Below, piece by piece: positions 29,606 to 39,122 of a stretch of DNA of 64,000 bases. The stretch covers positions 94,511 to 158,510 of the forward strand of contig CAVVOG010000002.1 in assembly GCA_963749895.1 (NCBI GenBank), written 5' to 3'. The DNA is from an uncultured Actinomycetes bacterium. GTDB lineage: Bacteria; Actinomycetota; UBA4738; HRBIN12. Numbering within the stretch: position 1 is the stretch's first letter; each line of letters opens with the position of its first letter. The notes beneath the pieces were generated by a model that searched no databases, was not told where the DNA came from, and saw only the letters and a program-made list of their open reading frames with translations. The position numbers were made by a program, and so were the translations under genes.

Positions 29606-31165
29606 ATGCGGCGACCGGGGCTGTCCCGACCGACGAGGGGTGATCTCCTCGCCGGGGTCACGGTAGCGCTGCTCCTCGTCCCCCAGTCGCTCGGTCTCGC
29701 GACGATCGCGGGGCTGCCGCCCGAGCAAGGCGTCTACGCCGCCGCCCTCGCGCCACTCGTGACGGCGTTCACATCGTCCTCGCCGTACCTCCAGGCGGGC
29801 CCCACGGCCATGACGTCGCTCCTGACGCTCGGGGCGCTGACCGCGATCGCGACGCCGTTCACACCGGACTACGTGAAGCTCGCCGCGCTGCTCGCCTTGA
29901 TCGTGGGGGTCGTGAGGATCCTGGTCGGCGCGCTCCGCGGCGGGACCGTCGCGTACCTGATGTCGCAGCCCGTGGTCGCGGGATTCACCGCCGCCGCGGG
30001 CCTACTGATCGTCGCCTCGCAGGTCCCCCCGATGCTGGGGGTGAGCGGGGACCCGAGCTCGCCGATCCGATCCGCCGTGGAGGCCATCCTCGACCCGGCC
30101 GCGTGGGAGATGGCCGCGCTCGCGATGTCGGCGATCGCATTGGTGGTGATCATCGGTGGCCGGCAGATCCATCCGCTGTTCCCCGGCGTCCTGCTCGTGA
30201 CGATCGGCGCCATCGTCGCGAGCGAGTTCCTCGGCTACACCGGTGCCACCATCGGCGACATCCCGTCCGGGTTCCCTCCGCTATCCGTGTCGCTGCCGTG
30301 GGGTTCGGTCGGAAGCCTGCTGGTCCCCGGAGCGGTGATCGCGCTCGTGGGGTTCGCCGAGCCGGCGGCGATCGCCCGCCACTACGCGACCACCGAGCGC
30401 GGGCTCTGGGACCCGAACCGGGAGTTCGTCAGCCAAGGGCTCGCGAACATCGCGACCGGGATCGGCGGCGCGTACCCGGTGGGCGGCTCGTTCTCCCGGA
30501 GCGCGCTGAACAAGCTGGCCGGCGCCGAGACCCGCTGGAGCAGCGTGGTCGTCACGCTGGCAGTCCTGGCGGTCCTGCCCTTCATGGGTCTGCTGGCGCC
30601 GCTGCCCACGGCCGTGCTCGCGGCGACCGTCGTGGCGGCCGTGCTCGCGCTTCTCGACCCCCGACCATTACGGGAGTTCTTCCGACTGGGCAGGGTGCAG
30701 TTCCTCGTCGGCCTGAGCACCTTCGCGGCGACGCTCGCGACGGCACCGCACGTCGAACGCGGGGTGATCGTCGGGATCGTCCTGGCCGTCGTCGCCCACC
30801 TCTGGCGCGAGATCCGACTGAACGTCCAGACCCGGATCGACGGGCACACCCTGCACGTGCATCCCCGGGGTGTCCTGTACTACGCCTCGGCACCCAGCCT
30901 GGAGGACACGGTGGGACGTCTCCTCCACGAGCACCAGGACGCGACCGAGCTGGTCGTGCACCTCGACGGGCTCGGACGCGTGGACGTGACGGGAGCGCTC
31001 GCCTTGCGCGATCTGCTCGCCGACGCCGTCGAAGCCGGTCTCGACGTCGAGGTCGTCGACGTCCCGCTCCAGGCCGCCAAGGTGATCGAGCGCACGTTGG
31101 TCGGGACCGCGCCGGTGTCGTTCCTCGGTCGAACGACCGACGGAAGCGGAGGGTCTTCCGTCTAG
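29606..31165 (+). CDS. SulP sulfate permease with STAS domain
   Basis: GDLLAGVTVA..PQSL, AGPTA, GGSFSRSALN; C-terminal STAS with VDVTG. Confidence 0.92.
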   Translation: MRRPGLSRPTRGDLLAGVTVALLLVPQSLGLATIAGLPPEQGVYAAALAPLVTAFTSSSPYLQAGPTAMTSLLTLGALTAIATPFTPDYVKLAALLALIVGVVRILVGALRGGTVAYLMSQPVVAGFTAAAGLLIVASQVPPMLGVSGDPSSPIRSAVEAILDPAAWEMAALAMSAIALVVIIGGRQIHPLFPGVLLVTIGAIVASEFLGYTGATIGDIPSGFPPLSVSLPWGSVGSLLVPGAVIALVGFAEPAAIARHYATTERGLWDPNREFVSQGLANIATGIGGAYPVGGSFSRSALNKLAGAETRWSSVVVTLAVLAVLPFMGLLAPLPTAVLAATVVAAVLALLDPRPLREFFRLGRVQFLVGLSTFAATLATAPHVERGVIVGIVLAVVAHLWREIRLNVQTRIDGHTLHVHPRGVLYYASAPSLEDTVGRLLHEHQDATELVVHLDGLGRVDVTGALALRDLLADAVEAGLDVEVVDVPLQAAKVIERTLVGTAPVSFLGRTTDGSGGSSV

Positions 31166-32568
31166 GCCGGTGCGTCCGCAGCCGAGTAGGTCGACACGAA
31201 GTCGAGCAATCCCAAGATCCCGCTTCGCGCCACCAGCCGGACGGGGATCCCCTCGCGGTCCAGCATGCTCGCGGCGATCGAGGCACGGTGCCCGTTCGTG
31301 CACAGGGCCCACAGCTCGCGGTCGCGCGGGAGCGAGGCGAGCCGATCGGGGAGATCCCCGACGAACGCCAGCACGCTGCCCGGCACGACGCCCTCGCTGT
31401 TCCACTCTCCCGGCTGCCGCACGTCCAGCACCGTGGGCGGGTCACCCGCCACGATCCGCTCGCGCAGCTCCTTCGTCGTGGCGATCGGGTAGTAGCGGAT
31501 GTCGTTGCCCTCGGCACGCCAGGCCTCGACCCCGCCGGCGAGGTAGCCGACGGTTCGGTCGTAGCCGACGCGGATCAGCTGTGCGACGGCCTCAGGCAGC
31601 GACTCGTCGATCGGCTCGGGCAGGACCAGGACGTGCGGCACGTCGAACGCGGTGACCCAGCCGACGTAGGTGCCGAAGCCGTCGTTCAGCTCCACGTTCA
31701 GAGAGCCGGGAAGGTGGGCTTCTGCGAACTCGATCCGATCGCGGGCGTCGATCACGACCATCCCGGCCGTGAGCAACCCCGCCGCCTCCGCCGGGGTGAG
31801 CGCGGCGACCGACGGGAGGGCGCCGAAGACCTCCGGTCCGCGGCGGTTGAGGGGCGCCATGTGCGGGTAGTACCGCGGGTACTCCATCAGTCCGGTCAGC
31901 TGCTGGCGCGCGAACGAGCCCTCGTCGGGTGCCAGGAGCGCCCCGTTGTGCCCGCGCTCGAGCTCGATCGTCGACATCCGGTCGGCGTTCGGCAGGGTCG
32001 AGACGCAGAAGCTCCCCGCGCCGTGCGTCGGCATCAGCTGCACGTGGCCCGGGAGCGACCGGAAACGCTGGACGGTCTCGAACTGCAGGCGCGTCAGCTC
32101 GTCGACATGCGCAGGCCCGAGCAGATCCGTCCGGCCGGCGCTGCCGACCAGCAGGCTCCCGCCGGAGAACACAGCCTCGGGCGTGTCGGGATCGGCCCCG
32201 TGCACCGCCCACGACAGGTGTTCGAAGGTGTGCCCCGGCGTCGCCCACGCCCGGAACGTGAGGTCACCGATCGGCACCTCCTCGCCCTCGTCGGCGGGAC
32301 GGTGGTCGAACGCGTACTCCCCCTTCGCCGGGGCGACGATCTCGGCACCGGTCGCCTCGGCGATCTCACGGGCTCCGGAGATGTAGTCGTTGTGAACGTG
32401 CGTCTCGAGGACGGCACGGATCCGCACACCCTTGGCCACAGCCGCCTCGACGAACCGCCATGCGTCTCGCTGAGGGTCGACCACCACCGCGTCGTCGCCC
32501 GACGACACGAGGAAGGAGCTGTCGCCCAGTCCCAACGTCACGAAGACCTCGACGTCCATCCGGTTCAC
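31162..32568 (-). CDS. MBL-fold persulfide dioxygenase + two rhodanese domains (CstB-like)
   Basis: ETHVHNDYISG, TPGHT, AGRTDL, PTHGAGSFC; rhodanese HLPGS and CTNGHR. Confidence 0.9.
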   Translation of the reverse strand: MNRMDVEVFVTLGLGDSSFLVSSGDDAVVVDPQRDAWRFVEAAVAKGVRIRAVLETHVHNDYISGAREIAEATGAEIVAPAKGEYAFDHRPADEGEEVPIGDLTFRAWATPGHTFEHLSWAVHGADPDTPEAVFSGGSLLVGSAGRTDLLGPAHVDELTRLQFETVQRFRSLPGHVQLMPTHGAGSFCVSTLPNADRMSTIELERGHNGALLAPDEGSFARQQLTGLMEYPRYYPHMAPLNRRGPEVFGALPSVAALTPAEAAGLLTAGMVVIDARDRIEFAEAHLPGSLNVELNDGFGTYVGWVTAFDVPHVLVLPEPIDESLPEAVAQLIRVGYDRTVGYLAGGVEAWRAEGNDIRYYPIATTKELRERIVAGDPPTVLDVRQPGEWNSEGVVPGSVLAFVGDLPDRLASLPRDRELWALCTNGHRASIAASMLDREGIPVRLVARSGILGLLDFVSTYSAADAPA

Positions 32569-32575
32569 CCCCGTC

Positions 32576-32851
32576 TCACCCGATGCTGAGGAACATCCGC
32601 TCGAGCTCGTCCGCGTCGATCCCCGCCGCCGCGTCGCCCTCGGTCACGCACCGTTTCAGGCCGCTGGCCACCAGACGGAACCCCACCTTCTCGAGCGCAT
32701 GGCTGGCGGCCGACACCTGGCGGACGACCTCCCGGCAGTCCCGGCCCTGCTCGATCATGCGGATCACCCCCGCCACCTGGCCCTGGACCTTCCGCAGGTT
32801 CACGAGCGCTGCGTCCATCGTGCGATCGTCGAGCTCCACGAGCACCCCCAT
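32576..32851 (-). CDS. CsoR/CstR family repressor (CstR-like, lacks the Cu-ligand His)
   Basis: LRKVQGQVAGVIRMIEQGRDC..GLKRC. Confidence 0.88.
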   Translation of the reverse strand: MGVLVELDDRTMDAALVNLRKVQGQVAGVIRMIEQGRDCREVVRQVSAASHALEKVGFRLVASGLKRCVTEGDAAAGIDADELERMFLSIG

Positions 32852-32872
32852 CGCGTCGGGTATCGCGGGACC

Positions 32873-32891
32873 ATACCCCTACCGGTAGGGG
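32873..32891. promoter_or_regulatory. CsoR/CstR-type G/C-tract operator
   Basis: ATA followed by perfect palindrome CCCCTACCGGTAGGGG (32876-32891), adjoining a TATGGT -10 on the minus strand. Confidence 0.7.
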
Positions 32892-33189
32892 AAGGCGAAT
32901 CGACCGGACGGGCGATGGGGCGTACGCTGGGGTCAGGCGCACCCAGGAGGGATGGTGGTCGTGAAGCCGACCGACGGACGTCACGCGTTCCTCGACCCGG
33001 GGCCCCACCTCGAGTCACAGACGATGGCCCTGCCCGTGCACGCACGGACCGGACACCTGCCGACGAGGGTTCACCTGCGGCGGGGGTTCCGGTTACGCGG
33101 CAGGCTCGTACGGTTCGCGTCGCATCGCCGCAAGAGCTCGGCCGGCTACGGCTGAGCCCTGAGCACCGTCGCTGCCCTATCGTGGGCGG

Positions 33190-34446
33190 ATGCCGCCGAA
33201 GAAGGAGATCCTCGACGTCGCGGGCCGTGAAGTCACGGTCTCGAACCCGGACAAGGTCTTCTTCCCGTCGCTCGGACTGACGAAGCTCGATCTCGTCCGC
33301 TACTACCTGGCGGTCGCCGACGGGGCGCTCCGCGGGGTGGGCGGTCGCCCGATGGCCCTGAAGCGCTACGTGAACGGGGCCGACGGTGACTTCTTCTTCC
33401 AGAAACGCGCGCCGTCGTCCCGTCCCGGCTGGATCGAGGTGGTCGAGCTGGCGTTCCCCTCGGGCCGGACGGCCCACGAGATCGTCGTGCGCGACGCCGC
33501 CCAGCTGGCCTGGATCGTGAACCTCGGGTGCATCGATCTGAACCCACACCCGGTCCGGGCCGGCGACCTCGAGCACCCGGACGAGCTCCGCGTCGACCTC
33601 GATCCCGTCCCCGGAGTGGCGTGGACGCAGATCGTGGAGGTGGCGCTGGTCGTGCGCGAGGTCCTCGCCGAGCAGGGCCTGACGGGCTGGCCCAAGACGT
33701 CCGGCTCGCGTGGGATCCACGTGTACGCGCGGATCGAGCAGCACTGGCCGTTCGGCGAGGTCCGACGCGCCGCGGTCGCCCTCGCGCGCGAGGTGGAGCG
33801 GCGGGCGCCCGACCTGGCGACCAGCGCCTGGTGGAAGGAGGAGCGCCACGGCGTCTTCATCGACTACAACCAGAACGCGAAGGACCGCACCGTCGCCTCT
33901 GCCTACTCGGTGCGCCCGACCCCCGATGCCCGTGTCTCGGCGCCGATCACCTGGGACGAGGTCCCGGGGTCGGACCCGGCGGAGTTCACGCTCACGACCG
34001 TGCCCGGACGGTTCGCCGAGATCGGTGACCCGTGGTCGGGGATCGACGACGCGGTGGGCTCGCTCGACGGCCTGCTGGCGCTGGCAGCCGAGCAGGAGGC
34101 CGCCGGCGCGAGCGACGCGCCGTGGCCGCCGCACTACGCCAAGACGGCCGACGAGCCACCGCGGGTCCAGCCCTCGAAACGCCGACGCGGGGAGATCCCG
34201 GTCGTCGAGATCGCCCGAGCGAAGACGAAGGACGAGGCACTCGAAGGCCTCGAGCGCTGGAAGGCGCGTCACCCCGACGTGGTCACCCACCTTGCGCCCG
34301 ACGACGTGCTGGTCGACGCGATGCGCGGACGGTTCACGACCTGGACCCGCATCCGCGTCCGGCTCACGAACGTCCCCGAGGCCGACCGTCCGGGCCAGGA
34401 GCCGCTCGAGGTCGACTACGACCCGGCCGTGGAGTGGCAGCGGTGA
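33190..34446 (+). CDS. LigD-type primase-polymerase (Prim-PolC-like)
   Basis: SNPDKVFF, FFQKR, DELRVDLDP, KTSGSRGIH, FIDYNQN. Confidence 0.92.
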   Translation: MPPKKEILDVAGREVTVSNPDKVFFPSLGLTKLDLVRYYLAVADGALRGVGGRPMALKRYVNGADGDFFFQKRAPSSRPGWIEVVELAFPSGRTAHEIVVRDAAQLAWIVNLGCIDLNPHPVRAGDLEHPDELRVDLDPVPGVAWTQIVEVALVVREVLAEQGLTGWPKTSGSRGIHVYARIEQHWPFGEVRRAAVALAREVERRAPDLATSAWWKEERHGVFIDYNQNAKDRTVASAYSVRPTPDARVSAPITWDEVPGSDPAEFTLTTVPGRFAEIGDPWSGIDDAVGSLDGLLALAAEQEAAGASDAPWPPHYAKTADEPPRVQPSKRRRGEIPVVEIARAKTKDEALEGLERWKARHPDVVTHLAPDDVLVDAMRGRFTTWTRIRVRLTNVPEADRPGQEPLEVDYDPAVEWQR

Positions 34447-35531
34447 GCGGGTACCGAGGTCGGCGCACGCGCAAGGGCGAGGGCCCGATGCTCGCGAAGC
34501 TCGAGCGCGAGCTGCCGGCCGGTGACGGCTGGTCGTACGAGCCGAAGTGGGACGGGTTCCGCACGATCGTCACGGTCCGGGACGACGAGATCGGGCTCGC
34601 CAGCCGCGACGACCGGCCGATGGTCCGGTTCTTCCCCGAGGTGGTCGAGCTGCTGAAGGAGCTCCCGACGGGCGACCTCGTGGCCGACGGCGAGCTGATC
34701 CTGGTCCGTGACGACGGAGGCTTCGCCTTCGAGGAGCTCCAGCTGCGACTCCACCCTGCGGAGTCCCGCGTCCGGAAGCTCGCGGCCGAGATCCCCGCCA
34801 CGCTGGTCCTGTTCGACCTGCTGGCCGACGGCGACGAGGACCTGCGCGGCCGGCCACTGGCCGAGCGCCGGGAACGGCTGGTGTCGGTCGCGGAGCGGAT
34901 CGGCGCCGGGCTCGTGCCGGAGGACGCCGCCGGACGCGCGCCCGGACCCGAGGTCCTGCGCACCCCGTGGACCGAGGATCCCGAGGTCGCCGCCCGGTGG
35001 TTCGCCGACGAGGAGGGGCTCGGCCTGGACGGGATCGTCGCGAAGCGCCTGGACCAGCCGTACCAGCCGGGGATCCGGGGCTGGACGAAGGTGAAGCACC
35101 GGCGCACCGCCGACTGCGTGGTCGGCGGCTACCGCGTGGCGAAGGGGGGCGACGGCGTGGGATCGCTGCTGCTCGGGCTCTACGACGCGGAGGGACACCT
35201 CCACTACGTCGGGCACACGTCGTCGTTCAAGGCCGCCGAGCGGCGAGCGATCCGCGAGGCGCTCGCCCCGCTCGAGGGCGGTGCGGGCTTCGGTGGGATG
35301 GCGCGGTCGCCCGGTGGTCAGAGCCGCTGGTCGGGCGGACGCGACACCGACTGGGTGCCGCTCGACCCCGTCGTGGTCTGCGAGGTGGCGTTCGATCGGA
35401 TGCAGCAGGGTCGCTTCCGCCATGCCGCGACCTTCGTCCGCTGGCGTGACGACCGGACGCCGGCGTCGTGCACGTTCGCGCAGATCGGCGCCGAGCCACC
35501 CATGTGGCCCGGCATGGAGGGAGATCGCTGA
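34443..35531 (+). CDS. ligC: ATP-dependent DNA ligase LigC
   Basis: YEPKWDGFR, DGEL, DGIVAK, KVKH, SLLLGLYD, SRWSG, RFRH. Confidence 0.9.
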   Translation: MSGYRGRRTRKGEGPMLAKLERELPAGDGWSYEPKWDGFRTIVTVRDDEIGLASRDDRPMVRFFPEVVELLKELPTGDLVADGELILVRDDGGFAFEELQLRLHPAESRVRKLAAEIPATLVLFDLLADGDEDLRGRPLAERRERLVSVAERIGAGLVPEDAAGRAPGPEVLRTPWTEDPEVAARWFADEEGLGLDGIVAKRLDQPYQPGIRGWTKVKHRRTADCVVGGYRVAKGGDGVGSLLLGLYDAEGHLHYVGHTSSFKAAERRAIREALAPLEGGAGFGGMARSPGGQSRWSGGRDTDWVPLDPVVVCEVAFDRMQQGRFRHAATFVRWRDDRTPASCTFAQIGAEPPMWPGMEGDR

Positions 35532-36004
35532 TGCAGCAGGTCCACCCGTTCCTGTGGTTCGACGGCCGGGCCGAGGAGGCGGCGACGTTCTACGTGTCGC
35601 TGTTCGACGACGCCGAGATCACCGACGTGCAGCGGAACCCGCAGGGCGCGCCGGGATCGCCCGGCGAGGTGATGACGGTCGGCTTCCGGCTCGCGGACCA
35701 GCGGTTCACGGCGCTGAACGGCGGCCCCCAGTACTCCTTCACGCCCGCGGTGTCGTTCTTCGTCCGGTGCGACGACCAGGCCGAGGTGGACCGGCTGTGG
35801 GACGCGCTGACCGACGGCGGCCAGGAACAGCCCTGCGGGTGGCTCGTGGACCGCTTCGGCCTGTCCTGGCAGGTCGTTCCGGCGCGACTGATGGAGCTGC
35901 TGGGCGATCCGGACCCCGAGCGGGCGCAGCGCGCGATGCAGGCGATGCTCAAGATGCGCAAGATCGACGTCGCCGCGCTGGAGTCGGCGGCCGACGGCCG
36001 GTGA
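35531..36004 (+). CDS. VOC/PhnB family protein
   Basis: PFLWFDGRAEEAATFY, ALNGGP, CGWLVDRFGLSWQV. Confidence 0.92.
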   Translation: MQQVHPFLWFDGRAEEAATFYVSLFDDAEITDVQRNPQGAPGSPGEVMTVGFRLADQRFTALNGGPQYSFTPAVSFFVRCDDQAEVDRLWDALTDGGQEQPCGWLVDRFGLSWQVVPARLMELLGDPDPERAQRAMQAMLKMRKIDVAALESAADGR

Positions 36005-36050
36005 GGAGCCGTCCTACGATGGAGCCATCACCGACCCGGGAGGGACCGCG

Positions 36051-36407
36051 ATGACGGACGACGCGAAGCAGGCATGGACCGACGTCGGGGAGAAGTTCGC
36101 CTCGCTGGGGCGCCGGGTGGCGCAGCGCTACAAGGAGTCCGAGACCCCAGAGCGGACCGAGGAAGAGCGTGAGCGTGAGCTCGAGCGGGCCGCGAAGGAA
36201 CTGGTCGACGAGCTGGGGCGCGGGGTCTCGGCGTTCGCCGACACGGTGCGCGACCAGGAGGCGAAGGAAGAGCTGATCAGCGCCTTCAAGGTGATGGGCG
36301 ACGCGATCACCGCGACGTTCGAGGAGGTCCGCGACGGCCTGCGCTCGAGCAAGGGCTCCCCGGAGCCACCGGAGCGGCCCGAGCCACCGAGCTCACCGGA
36401 CGCCTGA
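36051..36407 (+). CDS. Hypothetical helical protein
   Basis: GGAGG RBS, GC3-biased codons, amphipathic charged helices. Confidence 0.7.
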   Translation: MTDDAKQAWTDVGEKFASLGRRVAQRYKESETPERTEEERERELERAAKELVDELGRGVSAFADTVRDQEAKEELISAFKVMGDAITATFEEVRDGLRSSKGSPEPPERPEPPSSPDA

Positions 36408-36445
36408 GGCGGCGCGACGTCCCCGTCCACGGTGAGGCTCTCTCC

Positions 36446-37585
36446 GTGACGATGACGCCGCGCGAGCGCGTGCTGGCAACGCTCCGGCACGAGGAACCGG
36501 ACCGGGTACCGATCGTCCTGGGCGTCAGCAACGCGACCGGCATCAAGATGGGCCCGGTCCGGGAGCTCAAGCGTCGGCTCGGGATCGACACGCCGGAACG
36601 CTGGCTGTACCGCTGGCCGGAGCTGGGGACCGCCGAACTCGACGAGATCCTCCTCGAGCGCCTGGGCACCGACGTCCGAGGCGTGCTCGACGTCGAGCCG
36701 GCCTGGGTGCTCGAGCGCAACGCGACCAGGCCGCCGCACTCCGACTACGTCAACTCGTGGGGGTCGGGCGCCGTCGAGGTCGGACCCGAGGACTGGTTCC
36801 CCGCGGTCTGTCCGATGGCCGACGCCACGACGATCGCCGAGATCGAGGACTACCCCTGGCCCGACATGGACGACCCGACCCGCGTGGCCCACGTCGCGGA
36901 CGAGGCCGCGGCGCTCGCCGCCGAGGGCCGCTACGCGATCATGGCGACGCCGTGGCTCCTGTTCCCGCTCGAGAGGGCGTTCGCGATGCAGGGCATGGAC
37001 GTGTTCCTCGCGAACCTCGTGTTCCATCCCGAGTTCTGCGAGGCCCTGCTGTGGAAGATCGAGAGCCTCTGCAAGACCCTGATGGGGCACTGCCTGGAGG
37101 CGCTCGGGCCCAACGTCGACATCATCAAGATCGGCGACGACCTGGGGACGCAGGACAGCCTGCTGATGTCACCGGATATGTACCGGCAGGTGCTGAAGCC
37201 CGTCCACGCCGACTACATCGCGTTCATCCGCGAACGCACCGATGCGAAGGTCTTCTTCCACACCGATGGCGACGTGTTCCCCCTGATCGACGACTTCATC
37301 GAGATGGGCGTCGACATCCTCAACCCGATCCAGACCTCCGCCGGGAAGATGGCGGACCTGCCGGAGCTCAAGGCGCGCTGGGGTGACCGGCTCGTGTTCT
37401 GCGGCGCGATCGATACCCAACGGATACTGCCGCGCGGCACGCCGCAGGAGGTCCGCGACGAGGTCCGTCGGGTGATCGACGTCCTCGCCCCCGGGGGCGG
37501 CTACATGGTCAGCTCGGTGCACTCGGTGATGAACGACGTCCCCGCCGAGAACATCCTGGCGATGGTCGACGCCGTGATGGAGTGA
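36446..37585 (+). CDS. Uroporphyrinogen decarboxylase / MtaA-CmuA family protein
   Basis: MTPRERV..EEPDRVP, GDDLGTQ, FHTDG, LNPIQ, GAIDTQ, LAPGGGY. Confidence 0.9.
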   Translation: MTMTPRERVLATLRHEEPDRVPIVLGVSNATGIKMGPVRELKRRLGIDTPERWLYRWPELGTAELDEILLERLGTDVRGVLDVEPAWVLERNATRPPHSDYVNSWGSGAVEVGPEDWFPAVCPMADATTIAEIEDYPWPDMDDPTRVAHVADEAAALAAEGRYAIMATPWLLFPLERAFAMQGMDVFLANLVFHPEFCEALLWKIESLCKTLMGHCLEALGPNVDIIKIGDDLGTQDSLLMSPDMYRQVLKPVHADYIAFIRERTDAKVFFHTDGDVFPLIDDFIEMGVDILNPIQTSAGKMADLPELKARWGDRLVFCGAIDTQRILPRGTPQEVRDEVRRVIDVLAPGGGYMVSSVHSVMNDVPAENILAMVDAVME

Positions 37586-37682
37586 CGGGACTTGACACCC
37601 GTGGGGGGGACGGGAACCCTTCGCGGGTCCGCACCGACGCAGGGGGAGCCGTGTGTCGTTCGCCGAAGGAGGACGCCGCGAC

Positions 37683-38344
37683 ATGGATGACCTCGATTTC
37701 CGCGTTCGGAACCGGACGTACGGGGCGTTCGTCGACCTCGGCCGGGCGCCCACCCCCGAGGAGGTCGGTCGCCTGGCCCGCCTCGGGGTCGACGAGATCC
37801 GGGCGTCATGGCGACGCCTGCGCGACCAGCACGCGCTCGTGCTCGACCCGTCGGCGGACGACAGGATCTGGATGGCGAACCCGTTCTCGGGCGTGCCGAC
37901 CCCCTACCGCGTCCGGGCCGACGACCGGTGGTGGTTCGCGAACTGCGCGTGGGACTCGTTCGGCATCTGCGCGGCGCTCCACGTCGACGGCCGGATCGAG
38001 ACGATCTGTCCGGACTGCGAGGAGCCGATCACGATCGAGGTCCGCGACGGCCGCCCCGACCGCGAGGACCTGGTGTTCCATTGCCTCGTTCCCGCCCGGC
38101 ATTGGTGGGATGACATCGGCGCCACCTGAGGCGCGATGAACCTCTTCCGGTCGGAGGGCACGTGACGCGGTGGCTGGACGGACGTGAGCCCGGCGCGACG
38201 ATCCACGTCACGACCCTGTGTGAGCTGGCGATGCGCTGGTGGGGCGACCGCTTCGATCGCGACTGGCGCCCGCACACCCGGGAACACAACCAGGCGATCC
38301 TCGACGGTCTCGGGCTGACCGGCGACTTCTGGGCGCTCGCCTGA
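37683..38344 (+). CDS. MerB-like organomercurial lyase, probable selenoprotein (UGA at 38127-38129; apparent 1-nt deletion near 38157)
   Basis: ANPFSGVPT, NCAWD, CPDC, WWDDIGAT-UGA-GAMNLFRS; coding continues in a shifted frame HVTRWL..GLTGDFW. Confidence 0.75.
38141..38158 (+). promoter_or_regulatory. Candidate bacterial SECIS hairpin
   Basis: CCUCUUCC-GGUC-GGAGGG; the GGUC loop starts 19 nt after the UGA. Confidence 0.6.
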
Positions 38345-38370
38345 CGGTACTCCGCCGCGGCTTGGAGCGC

Positions 38371-39063
38371 TCACCCTCTCCGTCGTGGACGCGCAGCGCT
38401 CCCGAGCAGCCGTTCGAGGCCGTCGAGGACCAGATCCAGCCCGAACTCGAACTCGTCGCCGTCCGCGCCAGCGCCACCGGCCGCGAACCACGTCGCCAGG
38501 TCGGTGAGGTTCGGGTATCCGTCAGGGTCGAGCTGCTCGATGAACCCCTCGGCCATCGCGGGAGCATCGTCGGCGTCCATCGGCAGCGCAGCTTCCTGCA
38601 CGGCGAAGCCGTACGTGTAGCTGTCGAGGAGCGAGTACGCGTGCCCGACCATCTCGATCGAGAAGCCACCTCGTCGGAGCGTCCCGATCACCGCGTCGTG
38701 GTGGCGGAGCGTGGCTGGACCGGGGCTCCGCCGCGAGTCCATCAGCGCGATCGCCCAGGGGTGACGCCGAAGGACGTCGCGAGCAGACACCGCCCGTACA
38801 CGGATCGCCGATCGCCAGTCGACCTCCGCGGGCGGGAACGCGATCTCGGCGAAGACGGCGTCGATCATCCCGCCCAGGATCTCGTCCTTGTTCGCGACGT
38901 GGTGGTAGATCGCCATCGGCTTGACGCCGAGCTGCTCGGCGAGCGAACGGATCGTGAGCGCATCGAGACCCCGGGCATCCGCGACGGCGACCGCACCCGC
39001 CAGCAAACGCTCACGGGTGAGCGGGACCCGCTGCACCGCACCGTCGCCGTTCTTCGCCGTCAT
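38371..39063 (-). CDS. TetR family regulator with TetR_C domain
   Basis: GLDALTIRSLAEQLGVKPMAIYHHVANKDE; LRRHPW; FEFGLDLVLDGL. Confidence 0.93.
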   Translation of the reverse strand: MTAKNGDGAVQRVPLTRERLLAGAVAVADARGLDALTIRSLAEQLGVKPMAIYHHVANKDEILGGMIDAVFAEIAFPPAEVDWRSAIRVRAVSARDVLRRHPWAIALMDSRRSPGPATLRHHDAVIGTLRRGGFSIEMVGHAYSLLDSYTYGFAVQEAALPMDADDAPAMAEGFIEQLDPDGYPNLTDLATWFAAGGAGADGDEFEFGLDLVLDGLERLLGSAARPRRRG

Positions 39064-39122
39064 CCGCGTCGATCCTCCGTCGCGTTCCACCTCGCCGGTT
39101 GACGAACGGCATCGTACACCAG

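Noticed and set aside
33190-35531. NHEJ system
   Set aside because: No Ku gene; the PrimPol-LigC pair fits excision-repair gap filling.
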